A stretch of DNA of 64,000 bases from a virus: the IMG/VR virus record IMGVR_UViG_3300031707_000008, positions 1 through 64,000 of that record; one strand, 5' to 3'. Shown in pieces: positions 17,320 through 26,970 of the stretch (its first letter is position 1; every line of letters begins with the position of its first letter). Made by a program: the position numbers and the translations under genes. The notes below the pieces were generated by a model. That model worked only from the letters and a program-made list of their open reading frames with translations. It did no database searches and was not told the origin of the DNA.

Positions 17320-18975
17320 ATGCCTTACCCCAACGAGCATGCGTGTAGGTTGCGGCAACCTGGGGCATTCTTGCGGAATACTTTCGCAAGAATGTCACGT
17401 AAATCGGCTGAGTTTCATAAGGTGTATTCTGTAATCTTAGCGAAACTCATTAAGGATGGTATTCGAGGACCCTTGACGGAGCAAGCCTATCGTTACAAAA
17501 AGTTAGTTTGGGCGGTTTCGCAAGCACGCTCGCATTGCAAGAGTCATAAAGGAATTTCTTTTGAACCCGCTAGTGAGTCGAAGTACTTCGTTGAATCCCG
17601 CATGAAGGAATCTGTGGATGGTTGTTGTGGTGGAGAGGAGCGATGCATGCAAGAACCTGACTTTTACTTTGCCCGCCCATCTATTACAGAACTTGCGGGG
17701 TCATTAATTTTCATCGATGAATTTCTTGAAGGCGAGTACGAGGCGTTGCATAATGGGATTGTGGCAATACGCAATCGGTTGGATGAGGATCTTCTTCTTG
17801 GGAATTTTCCGAATCCCATTTTAGAAGAGATGAAGGAGGCAGCTTCTGTTGGTAGATTGGAACCTGGGCAAGCTTCATTTATAGCGTCAGCGTCTTGTTT
17901 ATCTCGGGTAGGAGGAAAAAATACGTTTTCGGGCGTAGAGGGTGCACTCAAGTATTTCGTTGACACATTCCCAAATACGCGTATCCTTGCGGAGAAGATG
18001 ATAATGGGTGTTGGATGTCTTCTTATCAAGTCGCATGACAGTGTTCGAATTATATCTTCTCAAGGAAGAGATTTAACCAGTAAGTTGCCATCTTTGGTAC
18101 AAGCCGTACTTGCGTTGCCAGATAAGTATGTTACGTTGCATGGAATATTGGAGAAGTGGGAGGAAACTCAAACGGGATTGCGCCCAGCAAGCAAGTTGGA
18201 ATTGATGAATTACTTATTCTTCGCGCAAGACGTTGGAGATAAGACGATTGTTTGCAACGTTGTAGATGTTGTTTTTGCTATGGAGGATGTACACAACCTT
18301 CCTTTGACAGCACGCAAGACTTTACTTCGTAGTATCTTAATAACTTCTTCAGCGTGTCAAGAATTGAAGTATTCAGAAAAAGCGATTCCGACATTGACAA
18401 AGAAGTTAGTATTGTTGCCATACACAATTGAAATGTGTGCTGGATCGATCTCGCACGCGGTAGAGTTAAATGGAATCTTGCCGGGGTCGCTTGGGGTTAT
18501 ACTCAAATGCGCGAGTTCAACGTATCCACTTTCTGGAGTTTGTTCTGCTTGGGCAGAACTTCCTCGTGGGGAAACTTGCAATTGCGTAATTTGGCAGAAA
18601 GATGTTGTACCTGGCGGTTTATTCCAGTATCATTTGGGTTTAGGTTGTACTGAGGAAGAGTCCTATGAGGCGCTAAATGTAGTTTCTCTTCAAAAGGAGG
18701 ATGTTGTCAATATTGGTTTATCTTCTCCTGTGAGTTTTTCTTTTGGGGAGGGAGAGGTCGTTCGCGTTAGTTTTGAGAAGATGAACGTTTTTGCCTGCGA
18801 AGGGATTTACCGTATAATACTATCGAATGCTAAGATTTTAAGCCAATTCGATGGGGATATAGTGTCTACGGTTGCTGAAGTTCGAGAACAAGTTCGGGAG
18901 AAGAATTTGTTAATCGAAAGTGACTTTACGCAGAGGCATTTGGAACATCTTTTACGAGAAAGTGAAAGGCGGTGA
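17320..18975 (+). CDS. Head-module protein with a degenerate ATP-dependent DNA ligase domain
   Basis: N-terminal PYPNEHACRL domain; ligase-like IISSQGRDLTSKLPSL, DVHNLPLTARKTLL, GVILK..SSTYP; catalytic motifs altered. Confidence 0.65.
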   Translation: MPYPNEHACRLRQPGAFLRNTFARMSRKSAEFHKVYSVILAKLIKDGIRGPLTEQAYRYKKLVWAVSQARSHCKSHKGISFEPASESKYFVESRMKESVDGCCGGEERCMQEPDFYFARPSITELAGSLIFIDEFLEGEYEALHNGIVAIRNRLDEDLLLGNFPNPILEEMKEAASVGRLEPGQASFIASASCLSRVGGKNTFSGVEGALKYFVDTFPNTRILAEKMIMGVGCLLIKSHDSVRIISSQGRDLTSKLPSLVQAVLALPDKYVTLHGILEKWEETQTGLRPASKLELMNYLFFAQDVGDKTIVCNVVDVVFAMEDVHNLPLTARKTLLRSILITSSACQELKYSEKAIPTLTKKLVLLPYTIEMCAGSISHAVELNGILPGSLGVILKCASSTYPLSGVCSAWAELPRGETCNCVIWQKDVVPGGLFQYHLGLGCTEEESYEALNVVSLQKEDVVNIGLSSPVSFSFGEGEVVRVSFEKMNVFACEGIYRIILSNAKILSQFDGDIVSTVAEVREQVREKNLLIESDFTQRHLEHLLRESERR

Positions 18976-18979
18976 CGCG

Positions 18980-20293
18980 TTGAAAGAAGAGGGTGTTTTT
19001 ATTATACAGACAGACGTCCCATTCGATTTTCTCATTAGTCCAACGAAAGTCGCTGCTGAGACGGATGCATCTACGGGAGAAGAGTTGTGGATTTTAGAGG
19101 CGTTGGCGTGTACGTCGGACGTCGATCTTGGGGATGATGTCATTCTCCCAATCGCAATTAAGAATTCCGAAAGCGATTTGCTCGAGTATAGTACCGTCCT
19201 CGAGAATCATGACACTGATAAGCGCGTGGGCAAGATAATTGACTCAAGGGCAATTGATGTTGGTTTGTGGGTCAAAATCATGATTTCGAAGACCGTTCCT
19301 GCTGTGTGGCAACAGGTTCAAGAAGGTGTTTTGAGTAAACTTTCTATTCGTGGAAGAATTCTTGAAGTTATTAAGCATTCCGTGAATGGAAAGCCAGTAC
19401 GTGGTATTCAAAAGATGAAACTTGTTGAGACTTCTCTTGTGAGTGTTCCTATGAATGTGAAGGCAAGAGCACTACGGTGGTACGTATCGAAAGCTCTCGA
19501 CTCCGTCATGTGGGATAAAATAACTCCTGAAGGAGGTGAAAATATGCAAAGGAATCCTCGAGATGAAACGACACCCCTCCCTGCGGAGATACTCAAGGAA
19601 GCGGTGGTAGTCGAGAATTTGATTGTTCTTCCTGCGGTTGAGCAAAAGTCACTACCTATCGCTGGTGAAAGAAACGTTGAGATTCCTCCTGAGGTGAATC
19701 TTGCTGCACGACCAGATGTAGAAACTCGTAGTGTATTGCACAAAGAGACACCGGATCCCAATGACGCACCCGCTGAGGAAGAGACACCGGAAGAGGTACT
19801 AATTGAGAAAGTGATAAAAGTGCCTCTTGTTGAAAGTGTAGTAGAAGTTACTCCTTCTGAGATAGTGAAGGAGAAAGTGCTTCCTGCGGCAGAAGAGTCG
19901 GCTAAAGCGATTGCTCAAACGATTAACGTTTTGAAGGATGCTTTACCACACGTGATTGACAAGACTTCTCTTCCAGGAGAAGGTCTTTCTGTGGAAATGG
20001 CGAAGATAGCGAAAGACGTCGTGGATTTGCAAAACATTCTTGTTGCGGTCCAACAGGGTTTGGCGTTGGCTGAAAGCGTTGAGACCTTGAAGCAAGAGAT
20101 TGTTGGCTTGCGCAATCGTGTTGAGCAAACTCCTCTTCGTAAGGGTATTGACACCAAGCAACTTCCGAATGCACTCCCCACCCGCGATGCAATTTTGAAG
20201 GAATTGCGTGCATCAGAAGAGTTTAAACTATCAACCGCTCCCGAGCAACTTCGCATGGTGTTGGAAGTAATTGCTGCGACCATTTCAGCGTAA
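18980..20293 (+). CDS. HK97-type prohead protease fused to a scaffold
   Basis: DLGDDVI, VLENHD, GVLSKLSIRG, LVETSLVSVPMN; acidic coiled-coil C-terminus. Confidence 0.88.
   Translation: MKEEGVFIIQTDVPFDFLISPTKVAAETDASTGEELWILEALACTSDVDLGDDVILPIAIKNSESDLLEYSTVLENHDTDKRVGKIIDSRAIDVGLWVKIMISKTVPAVWQQVQEGVLSKLSIRGRILEVIKHSVNGKPVRGIQKMKLVETSLVSVPMNVKARALRWYVSKALDSVMWDKITPEGGENMQRNPRDETTPLPAEILKEAVVVENLIVLPAVEQKSLPIAGERNVEIPPEVNLAARPDVETRSVLHKETPDPNDAPAEEETPEEVLIEKVIKVPLVESVVEVTPSEIVKEKVLPAAEESAKAIAQTINVLKDALPHVIDKTSLPGEGLSVEMAKIAKDVVDLQNILVAVQQGLALAESVETLKQEIVGLRNRVEQTPLRKGIDTKQLPNALPTRDAILKELRASEEFKLSTAPEQLRMVLEVIAATISA
19544..20293 (+). CDS. Nested in-frame scaffold protein
   Basis: AAGGAGGTGA RBS upstream of the in-frame ATG at 19544, right after the protease domain. 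Confidence 0.65.
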   Translation: MQRNPRDETTPLPAEILKEAVVVENLIVLPAVEQKSLPIAGERNVEIPPEVNLAARPDVETRSVLHKETPDPNDAPAEEETPEEVLIEKVIKVPLVESVVEVTPSEIVKEKVLPAAEESAKAIAQTINVLKDALPHVIDKTSLPGEGLSVEMAKIAKDVVDLQNILVAVQQGLALAESVETLKQEIVGLRNRVEQTPLRKGIDTKQLPNALPTRDAILKELRASEEFKLSTAPEQLRMVLEVIAATISA

Positions 20294-20355
20294 GTTTCTT
20301 TCGTATAAAGAAGTCGCTTGTGTTTTTTTCTTTTTGAATTAAGGAGGTGAAAAAA

Positions 20356-21318
20356 ATGGAAAGACCCGACATTCTAAAGGCATTGTCTGGAGTCGTTGAG
20401 AAGGGAATTGCCGCGACTAATATCGCGTCAATTCTGGAGCAACCTGAGGTTGATGCCGTTGTAGCGCATCTGATTGATTATCAGAACCCGTTTCGGCAGA
20501 ATTTGCCGCGTAGGCCTGGTTCTGGTGCGGCTTACTTGTCAAACACTCGTACTGCGGGCAATACACCCGCGCAGTTTGTTGCTGACACGGATACGCTAAT
20601 GGAGGATACCGGAACGTATGGACGCATACCTTGGACGTACAAGACTATTGCGACGCGTGGAAAGATCACGCGTAAGGCGCAAAAGATTGGGATGTCTTTG
20701 TTGGACATCATGGCGGAAGAGTTAGAAGGGAAATCGGAAGACTTCCGCAACTACGAAGAGTGGGCCATTATCTATGGTAACTCCTCCACAGCGACACAAT
20801 TCGATGGACTCGACAAGATTTTCGTTGTGACGACTCCGGGAGCGCAATGCGTTGCAATGACGACAACGTCTGGCGGTCAAGCACTTTCGTTGACGAAGCT
20901 TGATCAGGCAATTGATAAGTGTGCACTACCTCCGAACATGCTTGTGATGTCTCGGAGGACGCGGAGGCAGTTGAGAACCCTTCTTCAGGCAAGTCAACGC
21001 TTTGTAAATACAGTAGAGGTGGTTGGTGGATTCAAGGTGTTGTCGTATGACGATATCCCGGTCTTTGTTTCGACGCAGATTTTGGATACGTATACGTTCA
21101 ACGGTACTGCCGATTCTGCATCTACAGGTGGAACTTGCACGAATCTTTACGCGTTGAATACCGCGGATTGCTTCATGTCGGTTTTAACGGATGTGACCGT
21201 GGAGCCGTTGGCGAAGGATTCTTCGCAATACCAACAGTTTGACATTTACGAGGATGTAGCTCTCGTAATGAAGAACATAAAGAAGCATGTGTGCTTAATC
21301 GGTATCAAGGATTCGTAA
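20356..21318 (+). CDS. Major capsid protein (HK97 fold)
   Basis: Follows protease/scaffold; EEWAIIYGN...QFDGL; strong RBS; followed by a hairpin. Confidence 0.88.
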   Translation: MERPDILKALSGVVEKGIAATNIASILEQPEVDAVVAHLIDYQNPFRQNLPRRPGSGAAYLSNTRTAGNTPAQFVADTDTLMEDTGTYGRIPWTYKTIATRGKITRKAQKIGMSLLDIMAEELEGKSEDFRNYEEWAIIYGNSSTATQFDGLDKIFVVTTPGAQCVAMTTTSGGQALSLTKLDQAIDKCALPPNMLVMSRRTRRQLRTLLQASQRFVNTVEVVGGFKVLSYDDIPVFVSTQILDTYTFNGTADSASTGGTCTNLYALNTADCFMSVLTDVTVEPLAKDSSQYQQFDIYEDVALVMKNIKKHVCLIGIKDS

Positions 21319-21335
21319 GGTAGGGGTGAAACGTT

Positions 21336-21382
21336 GTGAAAATGGAGTTGAACTCATGTTCGAGTGCAACTCCGTTTTTCAC
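21336..21382 (+). terminator. Stem-loop after the capsid gene
   Basis: GTGAAAATGGAGTTG...CAACTCCGTTTTTCAC. Confidence 0.55.
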
Positions 21383-21398
21383 CTAGGAGGAAAACTGC

Positions 21399-21611
21399 AT
21401 GTTCGTGTTGAAATACCAAACTCAACCGTGTCCAACTGAATGGAATGAGTTTCCACGTGACGAGACCATCAAGGTTGTAAATGGAATTGCTGTAATGGAG
21501 AAGGAAGTTTCTCGATTGCATTTGCTCTTTCGGGGGTTTGAAGATATTACGGAGACACCTGAGGGGATCGAAATTCGAAAAACGCATGGAGAACGTATTA
21601 GTAAAAAGTAG
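21399..21611 (+). CDS. Hypothetical virion-module protein
   Basis: AGGAGG RBS, between capsid and connector genes. Confidence 0.7.
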   Translation: MFVLKYQTQPCPTEWNEFPRDETIKVVNGIAVMEKEVSRLHLLFRGFEDITETPEGIEIRKTHGERISKK

Positions 21612-21620
21612 GAAACACGC

Positions 21621-22205
21621 GTGATTGGGAACTTGACTGACTTGAAAGTCTTTTGTGAGATTGTGGGAACAACGTATGATTCTCTTTTGAATATGTTGTT
21701 GGCACAAAAGAGTGCGTCTCTCGAGAGTGCGTGTAATCGTAGATTTGAATTGCATTCTAGGTGCGATCTTATAACGGTTAAACGCAATGTGTCACAAATT
21801 CACTTAGGGGATTATCCTGTCGTTAGCGTGGCAGCAATTACAATTGGTGACATAACGACAATTAACCCTTCAGAGTATTACGTTTCGAAGGCGCAAGGTA
21901 CTATTTACTTCTCTGACGGGGTTATTTTAGCAGGAACTACCGTGTGTGTTACGTATTCAGCGGGTTACACACCTTCTACATACATTCCGCAAGATATTGT
22001 TTTCGCTGTTTATTCTTGGGTTAATAGTCATTTTGTAACGAGGAAGTTACTTGGAATTCGTAGAGAACGTGTTGGGGATCGATCGATTGAGTTGGACACT
22101 TTAGGTTCAACAACGGATTTGCCGTCGTACGTTCGAGAAGTTGTCTACAATCGCAAACGCACTTTGACTCGCTATCATGATATTCTTGAGATAACAGGAG
22201 CGTAA
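21621..22205 (+). CDS. Head-tail connector (adaptor)
   Basis: LTDLK...ESACNRRF...YPVVSV...VTYSAGY...PQDIV.A...ERVGDRS. Confidence 0.8.
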   Translation: MIGNLTDLKVFCEIVGTTYDSLLNMLLAQKSASLESACNRRFELHSRCDLITVKRNVSQIHLGDYPVVSVAAITIGDITTINPSEYYVSKAQGTIYFSDGVILAGTTVCVTYSAGYTPSTYIPQDIVFAVYSWVNSHFVTRKLLGIRRERVGDRSIELDTLGSTTDLPSYVREVVYNRKRTLTRYHDILEITGA

Positions 22206-22212
22206 TGTTAAC

Positions 22213-22821
22213 GTGGCAGGAAATTTATTTTTCAACCAAGTTTTTAGTTTGTTGCGCTTTTCTGAAGTGGCGTATACACATGCTTTAGATTCTATGGTGT
22301 TGAACGTTCCCACTCTCACTTTTGAAAGGACTCCCTTCAAGATTTGGGTGGAACTTTCTGGAAGTGTAGCGGGAAATACATTTGATCTTGGTATCGTTGG
22401 ATTTGATGTCAATGCTGGGGTGACGTATGCTACTTTGGAGTTTACGGCGATTGGATTTCAATTGACACCTTGCGAATTCGGTACGTTAACTGCAGTGGCA
22501 ACCGGAGTGGTAGAACCCGCAGTTACAGTTACTTTATCGGGTTCGAATGATATGCACGAACGAATTCGCGTAAAAACTACGCAGTCAATTCTGGGGTATA
22601 TAGCGGAGAGAGGAGGTTTTTTTAGCAACCAACCTTATGGCAGTATTGTCCAAGGGGATGCTGCACTTTACGTGGAGTCTTTGAATGTCATCCAGGTTGG
22701 TGATATTATACTTTTTGGCGCGAAACAGTACTTGATTGAAGACGTTGTTGAAAAGTCAAGTTTGACTGGACAACTGAATTATGTTGTTGGCACGCTTCGC
22801 CATCAAGAAGGGAAACCATAA
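22213..22821 (+). CDS. Putative head-closure protein
   Basis: Position; C-terminal IQVGDII.F...Y.IEDV. Confidence 0.5.
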   Translation: MAGNLFFNQVFSLLRFSEVAYTHALDSMVLNVPTLTFERTPFKIWVELSGSVAGNTFDLGIVGFDVNAGVTYATLEFTAIGFQLTPCEFGTLTAVATGVVEPAVTVTLSGSNDMHERIRVKTTQSILGYIAERGGFFSNQPYGSIVQGDAALYVESLNVIQVGDIILFGAKQYLIEDVVEKSSLTGQLNYVVGTLRHQEGKP

Positions 22822-25223
22822 TGCGAGAGAAAGTCTCTATCGTAACGGTGTTGTTCAACGAAGTTGAACACACAATTCGTTTCGTTGAATCGTTGCGCAA
22901 GTACACGAGAGAATATGAGTTGATCGTAATTGACAATTGCAGTACAGATGGGACATGTGGTTTTTTAACAGAACTTGCAAGCAAAGGTGAAATTCCTATT
23001 CGAGTTTATCATAATGACACCAACTTGGGATATGTGAAGGGGATAAATCAAGGAATTAGGTTGGCGGAATTTTCTCTTATTTGCATAGTTAATAATGATA
23101 TTGTTTTCTCTCCAGGTTGGTTGGATAAGTTGCGTTGGGGATTGCTTACTGGGGTGAAGAAAGTGAAAACCCTGACGGGGCCTGTTGGTGCTGTCGGACC
23201 TACTGCTGACAATGTATCTGGAATGCAGGTTGTTCAGTTAAATCCTATACCGCGTGAATGGAACGATACTACAATGCGTTCCGTGAATGCGGAAGTCAGA
23301 AAGGGCAATCTCATAGAAACTGGATTCCTTGTTGGTTTTTGCATGTTGATAAGGCGTGAAGTTTTCGATTCGATTGGTTTGTTTGATGAAGAGAATTTTT
23401 CCAATGGTGGTTTTGACGATAACGATTTTTGCTTGCGTATGTTGCATGCTGGGTGGAAGATGTTGATAGTAGGAAATTGCTTTTTGCATCATGTGGGCGG
23501 GGCAACGATACGACATTTTCCTGAATTGAAGCGTGGTACGTCTAGTCGTTTTCAATTTTACAAGAAGTGGCATAATCCCAATCCTACGCGTGTGATTGCA
23601 GCATACCGGGTTAAAGATGGTGGGGAATTGTTCGCGAAGAGTTTGGCAAACGTGAGTGAGTTTGTTGATGGAATCGTCGTGTTTGATGATAACTCAACTG
23701 ATAACACTAGTGCAGTAGCACGAGCGTGTCCTAAAGTTCTTGAAGTTAAACGCACAAGTCGTACGACTTTTGATGAGAGAATGGATCGCAATGACGCACT
23801 CGAATTGGCACGAATGCATGGTGCGGAATGGATCCTTGCAATTGATTCCGACGAGCTTTTTGGACCGGAAATGACTTACGCGCGTATGCAGAATTTGACA
23901 CATCCAGTCAATCCGCAATACTTGAGTTTTGGTTTTTACTGGTACAATTTCTGGAATTCGTTGACGCATTACCGTACTGATGGCATTTGGGGACAAATGC
24001 GTGGAAGTCGTTTGTTTAAGGTGCTACCCAATCAACGAATTGTTCTTGGATCTACTCAAGGATTGCATTGTGGAAATATTCCTTACTTCGCCCCAACGAA
24101 TGTGATGCAAACTTGTATTCGTATCAAACATTACGGATATGTTTCTCCGCAACAGCGTTTGGATAAGTATAAATTTTACAGCAACGTAGATCAAGACTTG
24201 CGTCCAGAATTGGTGGGTGCGGAAAATTACAATCATCTTATTCATGACTCGGATATGCACATAAGACGTTGGCTCGACACGAATGGCATTTCTCTTGCCA
24301 TTATGGGGAAGAATGAAGCAGATGATTTGACTGCCGTTCTTGAGTTTATGCGATATCTCGTGGATGAAGTGATATACCTTGACACGGGGAGTTCTGATGC
24401 ATCACTGGATGTGGCGCGTGCATTGGGCGCACGCGTATTCGAAAAAGAATGGGTTGATGACTTTTCCGAGATGCGCAACTATTTGATTTCGCAGTCGACT
24501 CAACGCTGGATTTTTCATATGGATCCAGACGAGAGAATGTCCCCCGTTGACGCATTCAAGTTGCGTCACGTCATTGATGATACCGACACGGTTGCGTTTT
24601 TTGTGCCATTAATCAATCACCACCCGGATGGACGTCAAACGATGAACGAGAACGTGAGAATCTTCAGAAATTTGCCTATTATGAAGTATACTGGAAGAGT
24701 GCATGAAACATTCGATTTGGCATTGCGCCAGTTGCGAAATCAGGCCCCAATGCGTATGGCGCCTTTTGCAATCAACCATTTTGGATACATGAAACCGAAA
24801 CCGCGTGTGCAAGAAAAGTTGGACTTGTACGAACGCTTGAATATGGCACAATACAAAGAGTCTCCTGGGGATCCTCGCCCGTGTTTAAATCTTGCATTGC
24901 AACGATTAAACGATGGGAATATCGAGGAAGGTTCTGCATTACTTTGGGAAGCGTTGAAGCGTGATCCTAACTACTATCAGGCAGCGAAAGAATTGGCTTG
25001 CGTCAACGTCGAACAAGCAAAGGGTTTGTTGCGTTTGACAGTTAGCAAGCTGCCACCCAACTTCCCTTTGAGAGTTTGGGCGGAGAAATCTCTTGCCGCG
25101 ATGGATGAACACTTCCCGAATAGAGTTTATGCTGGTGAACCGAAGAAGTATAAAAAGCGTAGCAAGAATACGTTTGCAGGAAAATCTGAAGAACTGAAGA
25201 AGTTGGTGGAAGAAGTTGCCTGA
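22821..25223 (+). CDS. Multidomain glycosyltransferase: three GT2 domains + TPR
   Basis: Domain 1 LIVIDNCSTDGT/NNDI/DDNDFCLR; domain 2 VFDDNSTDNT/AIDSDE; domain 3 YLDTGSSD/DDFSEMRN/MDPDE/GRVHE; helical TPR-like end. Confidence 0.92.
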   Translation: MREKVSIVTVLFNEVEHTIRFVESLRKYTREYELIVIDNCSTDGTCGFLTELASKGEIPIRVYHNDTNLGYVKGINQGIRLAEFSLICIVNNDIVFSPGWLDKLRWGLLTGVKKVKTLTGPVGAVGPTADNVSGMQVVQLNPIPREWNDTTMRSVNAEVRKGNLIETGFLVGFCMLIRREVFDSIGLFDEENFSNGGFDDNDFCLRMLHAGWKMLIVGNCFLHHVGGATIRHFPELKRGTSSRFQFYKKWHNPNPTRVIAAYRVKDGGELFAKSLANVSEFVDGIVVFDDNSTDNTSAVARACPKVLEVKRTSRTTFDERMDRNDALELARMHGAEWILAIDSDELFGPEMTYARMQNLTHPVNPQYLSFGFYWYNFWNSLTHYRTDGIWGQMRGSRLFKVLPNQRIVLGSTQGLHCGNIPYFAPTNVMQTCIRIKHYGYVSPQQRLDKYKFYSNVDQDLRPELVGAENYNHLIHDSDMHIRRWLDTNGISLAIMGKNEADDLTAVLEFMRYLVDEVIYLDTGSSDASLDVARALGARVFEKEWVDDFSEMRNYLISQSTQRWIFHMDPDERMSPVDAFKLRHVIDDTDTVAFFVPLINHHPDGRQTMNENVRIFRNLPIMKYTGRVHETFDLALRQLRNQAPMRMAPFAINHFGYMKPKPRVQEKLDLYERLNMAQYKESPGDPRPCLNLALQRLNDGNIEEGSALLWEALKRDPNYYQAAKELACVNVEQAKGLLRLTVSKLPPNFPLRVWAEKSLAAMDEHFPNRVYAGEPKKYKKRSKNTFAGKSEELKKLVEEVA

Positions 25224-25692
25224 TTATGACGTTCGCATTCTAGGAAAGGAAAAAGTACTCGCGAAGATTGCTCATAAGAAGATGCAAATTACTTCGGGAA
25301 TTCATCTTGGTGTGGTTAAAGCAACACGCTCGTTGAAACAAGGTGTTGTTGCGAACGCTTCTCGAACGGACTATTCTTTAAATGAGTTGGAAGACATGGG
25401 GTACCCTTATGCACGTCGTGATCCTCATCCGCCGTTAGAACCACCTTGGCTGGTGCATACACGTTCTGGGAAGTTGGTTTCAGCAATTATGTCATTCACA
25501 CATAAAGAATCTTGGGGGTCTCTCGGGAGGGTATATATAGATGCAACCATTGCCCCCCACGCTCCAGCGGTACTATTCGGGACCACGCGCATGATTGGAA
25601 GAGATTTTTTAAGAGAAACGCGCATTATTATGTCAGCGCAAATCCGGAAAACCATCGTAGATACCTTGCGTTTGGAGGTTCGTGGTGGTTGA
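25216..25692 (+). CDS. HK97 gp10-like tail completion protein
   Basis: TRSGKL..AI, APHAPAVLFGTTRMIGRDFL. Confidence 0.75.
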   Translation: MPDYDVRILGKEKVLAKIAHKKMQITSGIHLGVVKATRSLKQGVVANASRTDYSLNELEDMGYPYARRDPHPPLEPPWLVHTRSGKLVSAIMSFTHKESWGSLGRVYIDATIAPHAPAVLFGTTRMIGRDFLRETRIIMSAQIRKTIVDTLRLEVRGG

Positions 25693-26131
25693 TACATACT
25701 TTGACTTTGAATCTGTTGTTTCTCGGGTTTTGACAACCGTTTTAATCGGGAATACGGACGTTTCGACCGAGGTACGGGATAAAGTATACCACGCCGAACT
25801 CGCTGAGGTGAACAATCCTGTGTTTCCGTGTGTTTGTTTCAAGATGTGGGGAAATCCTCCACTCTTCCGTGGTTTGCAAGGAGCCGAATATACGTTACGC
25901 ATTTGGTCTTGGGCGCAATCGCAAGTAGGTGCCTCATTGTTGTTGGCGAAAGTTTCTGCCGCGTTGGAGCCACGCCGCTTTACGGACGCCGACAAAACTT
26001 TTGCGATTGTATTTGAACCATCCGTGGGGGGAGGAGTTTACGTCGACACTACCGGAAACGTATTTGGTTCGGTTGAGACTTACCGCGTGAGGGCAATTGC
26101 TAGAAAATCTACAGAAAGACCCTTCCATTGA
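25682..26131 (+). CDS. Tail terminator-like protein
   Basis: Position before the tail tube; VY......FPCV pattern. Confidence 0.6.
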   Translation: MVVDTYFDFESVVSRVLTTVLIGNTDVSTEVRDKVYHAELAEVNNPVFPCVCFKMWGNPPLFRGLQGAEYTLRIWSWAQSQVGASLLLAKVSAALEPRRFTDADKTFAIVFEPSVGGGVYVDTTGNVFGSVETYRVRAIARKSTERPFH

Positions 26132-26388
26132 AGGATGGTGATAACGTGCAAGAAGAACAAAATGCTCTACGGAAAACTGGAAAACGTGTAAGTGATGACA
26201 GTAGGTGGGCTTGTGAAGGTTGTCATGCAACTTTGGGTTATGTTGATAAAACTGGGAAAATTCTACGTGTAAAGTACAGAGATTTGTACATTACCGTAGA
26301 AGGTGGAACTACCACTGTAGTGTGTCGCGTTTGTGGGCGTCATGCCCGACTCGAATACATCGAGGATGGCGAGACGAAACAAACGTAA
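26128..26388 (+). CDS. Zinc-ribbon protein (Mu Com-like)
   Basis: CEGC.ATLG...CRVCG. Confidence 0.6.
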   Translation: MKDGDNVQEEQNALRKTGKRVSDDSRWACEGCHATLGYVDKTGKILRVKYRDLYITVEGGTTTVVCRVCGRHARLEYIEDGETKQT

Positions 26389-26425
26389 ATTTTCTTCTTT
26401 AACTCTTCGAAGGAGGTGAAATATT

Positions 26426-26968
26426 GTGGGTTATAACATTCCTTCTTATTCCGTTGACAATATCACTTTCGGACCAGGTATTTTGTACCTTGGCACTTCC
26501 GGTGCTACACCGACAGTTGATATTGGTGCCGTGACGTCTGCGAAGCTTACGATGACGCGTGCCAAACTCGAGATCAAACAAGGTTCGCCAAAACAACTTG
26601 TCAAGCGTTACGCTTCGGAAGAGACCGTACAGTTCTCAATCACTGGTATCGAGTGGAAGCCAAATAACATCGCACGTGCTTTGGGTGCGGGTGTTACATC
26701 AGGATCGGCGACGACTGACATCCTTGAGTACGGTGGAGATATGAACTTTACTTCAGTAGCATTGAAGTTCGTTCATGTTATGCCATCGGGTGATACCATC
26801 AACTTATTCATTTGGTCAGCGCATGGTTCTGGTGATATGGAAATCACGTTCGGTGATGACGTTCATGAGATACCGTTGGCGTTTGACGCATTACGTTCCT
26901 CGACCGACTGGGCGGGTGCAACACTTGCGTCAAACAAACAGTTTTTCAAACTTCTTAAGGAGATATAG
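26426..26968 (+). CDS. Major tail tube protein
   Basis: NITFGPGILY...DIGA; strong AGGAGGTGA RBS; precedes chaperones and tape measure. Confidence 0.8.
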   Translation: MGYNIPSYSVDNITFGPGILYLGTSGATPTVDIGAVTSAKLTMTRAKLEIKQGSPKQLVKRYASEETVQFSITGIEWKPNNIARALGAGVTSGSATTDILEYGGDMNFTSVALKFVHVMPSGDTINLFIWSAHGSGDMEITFGDDVHEIPLAFDALRSSTDWAGATLASNKQFFKLLKEI

Positions 26969-26970
26969 GC

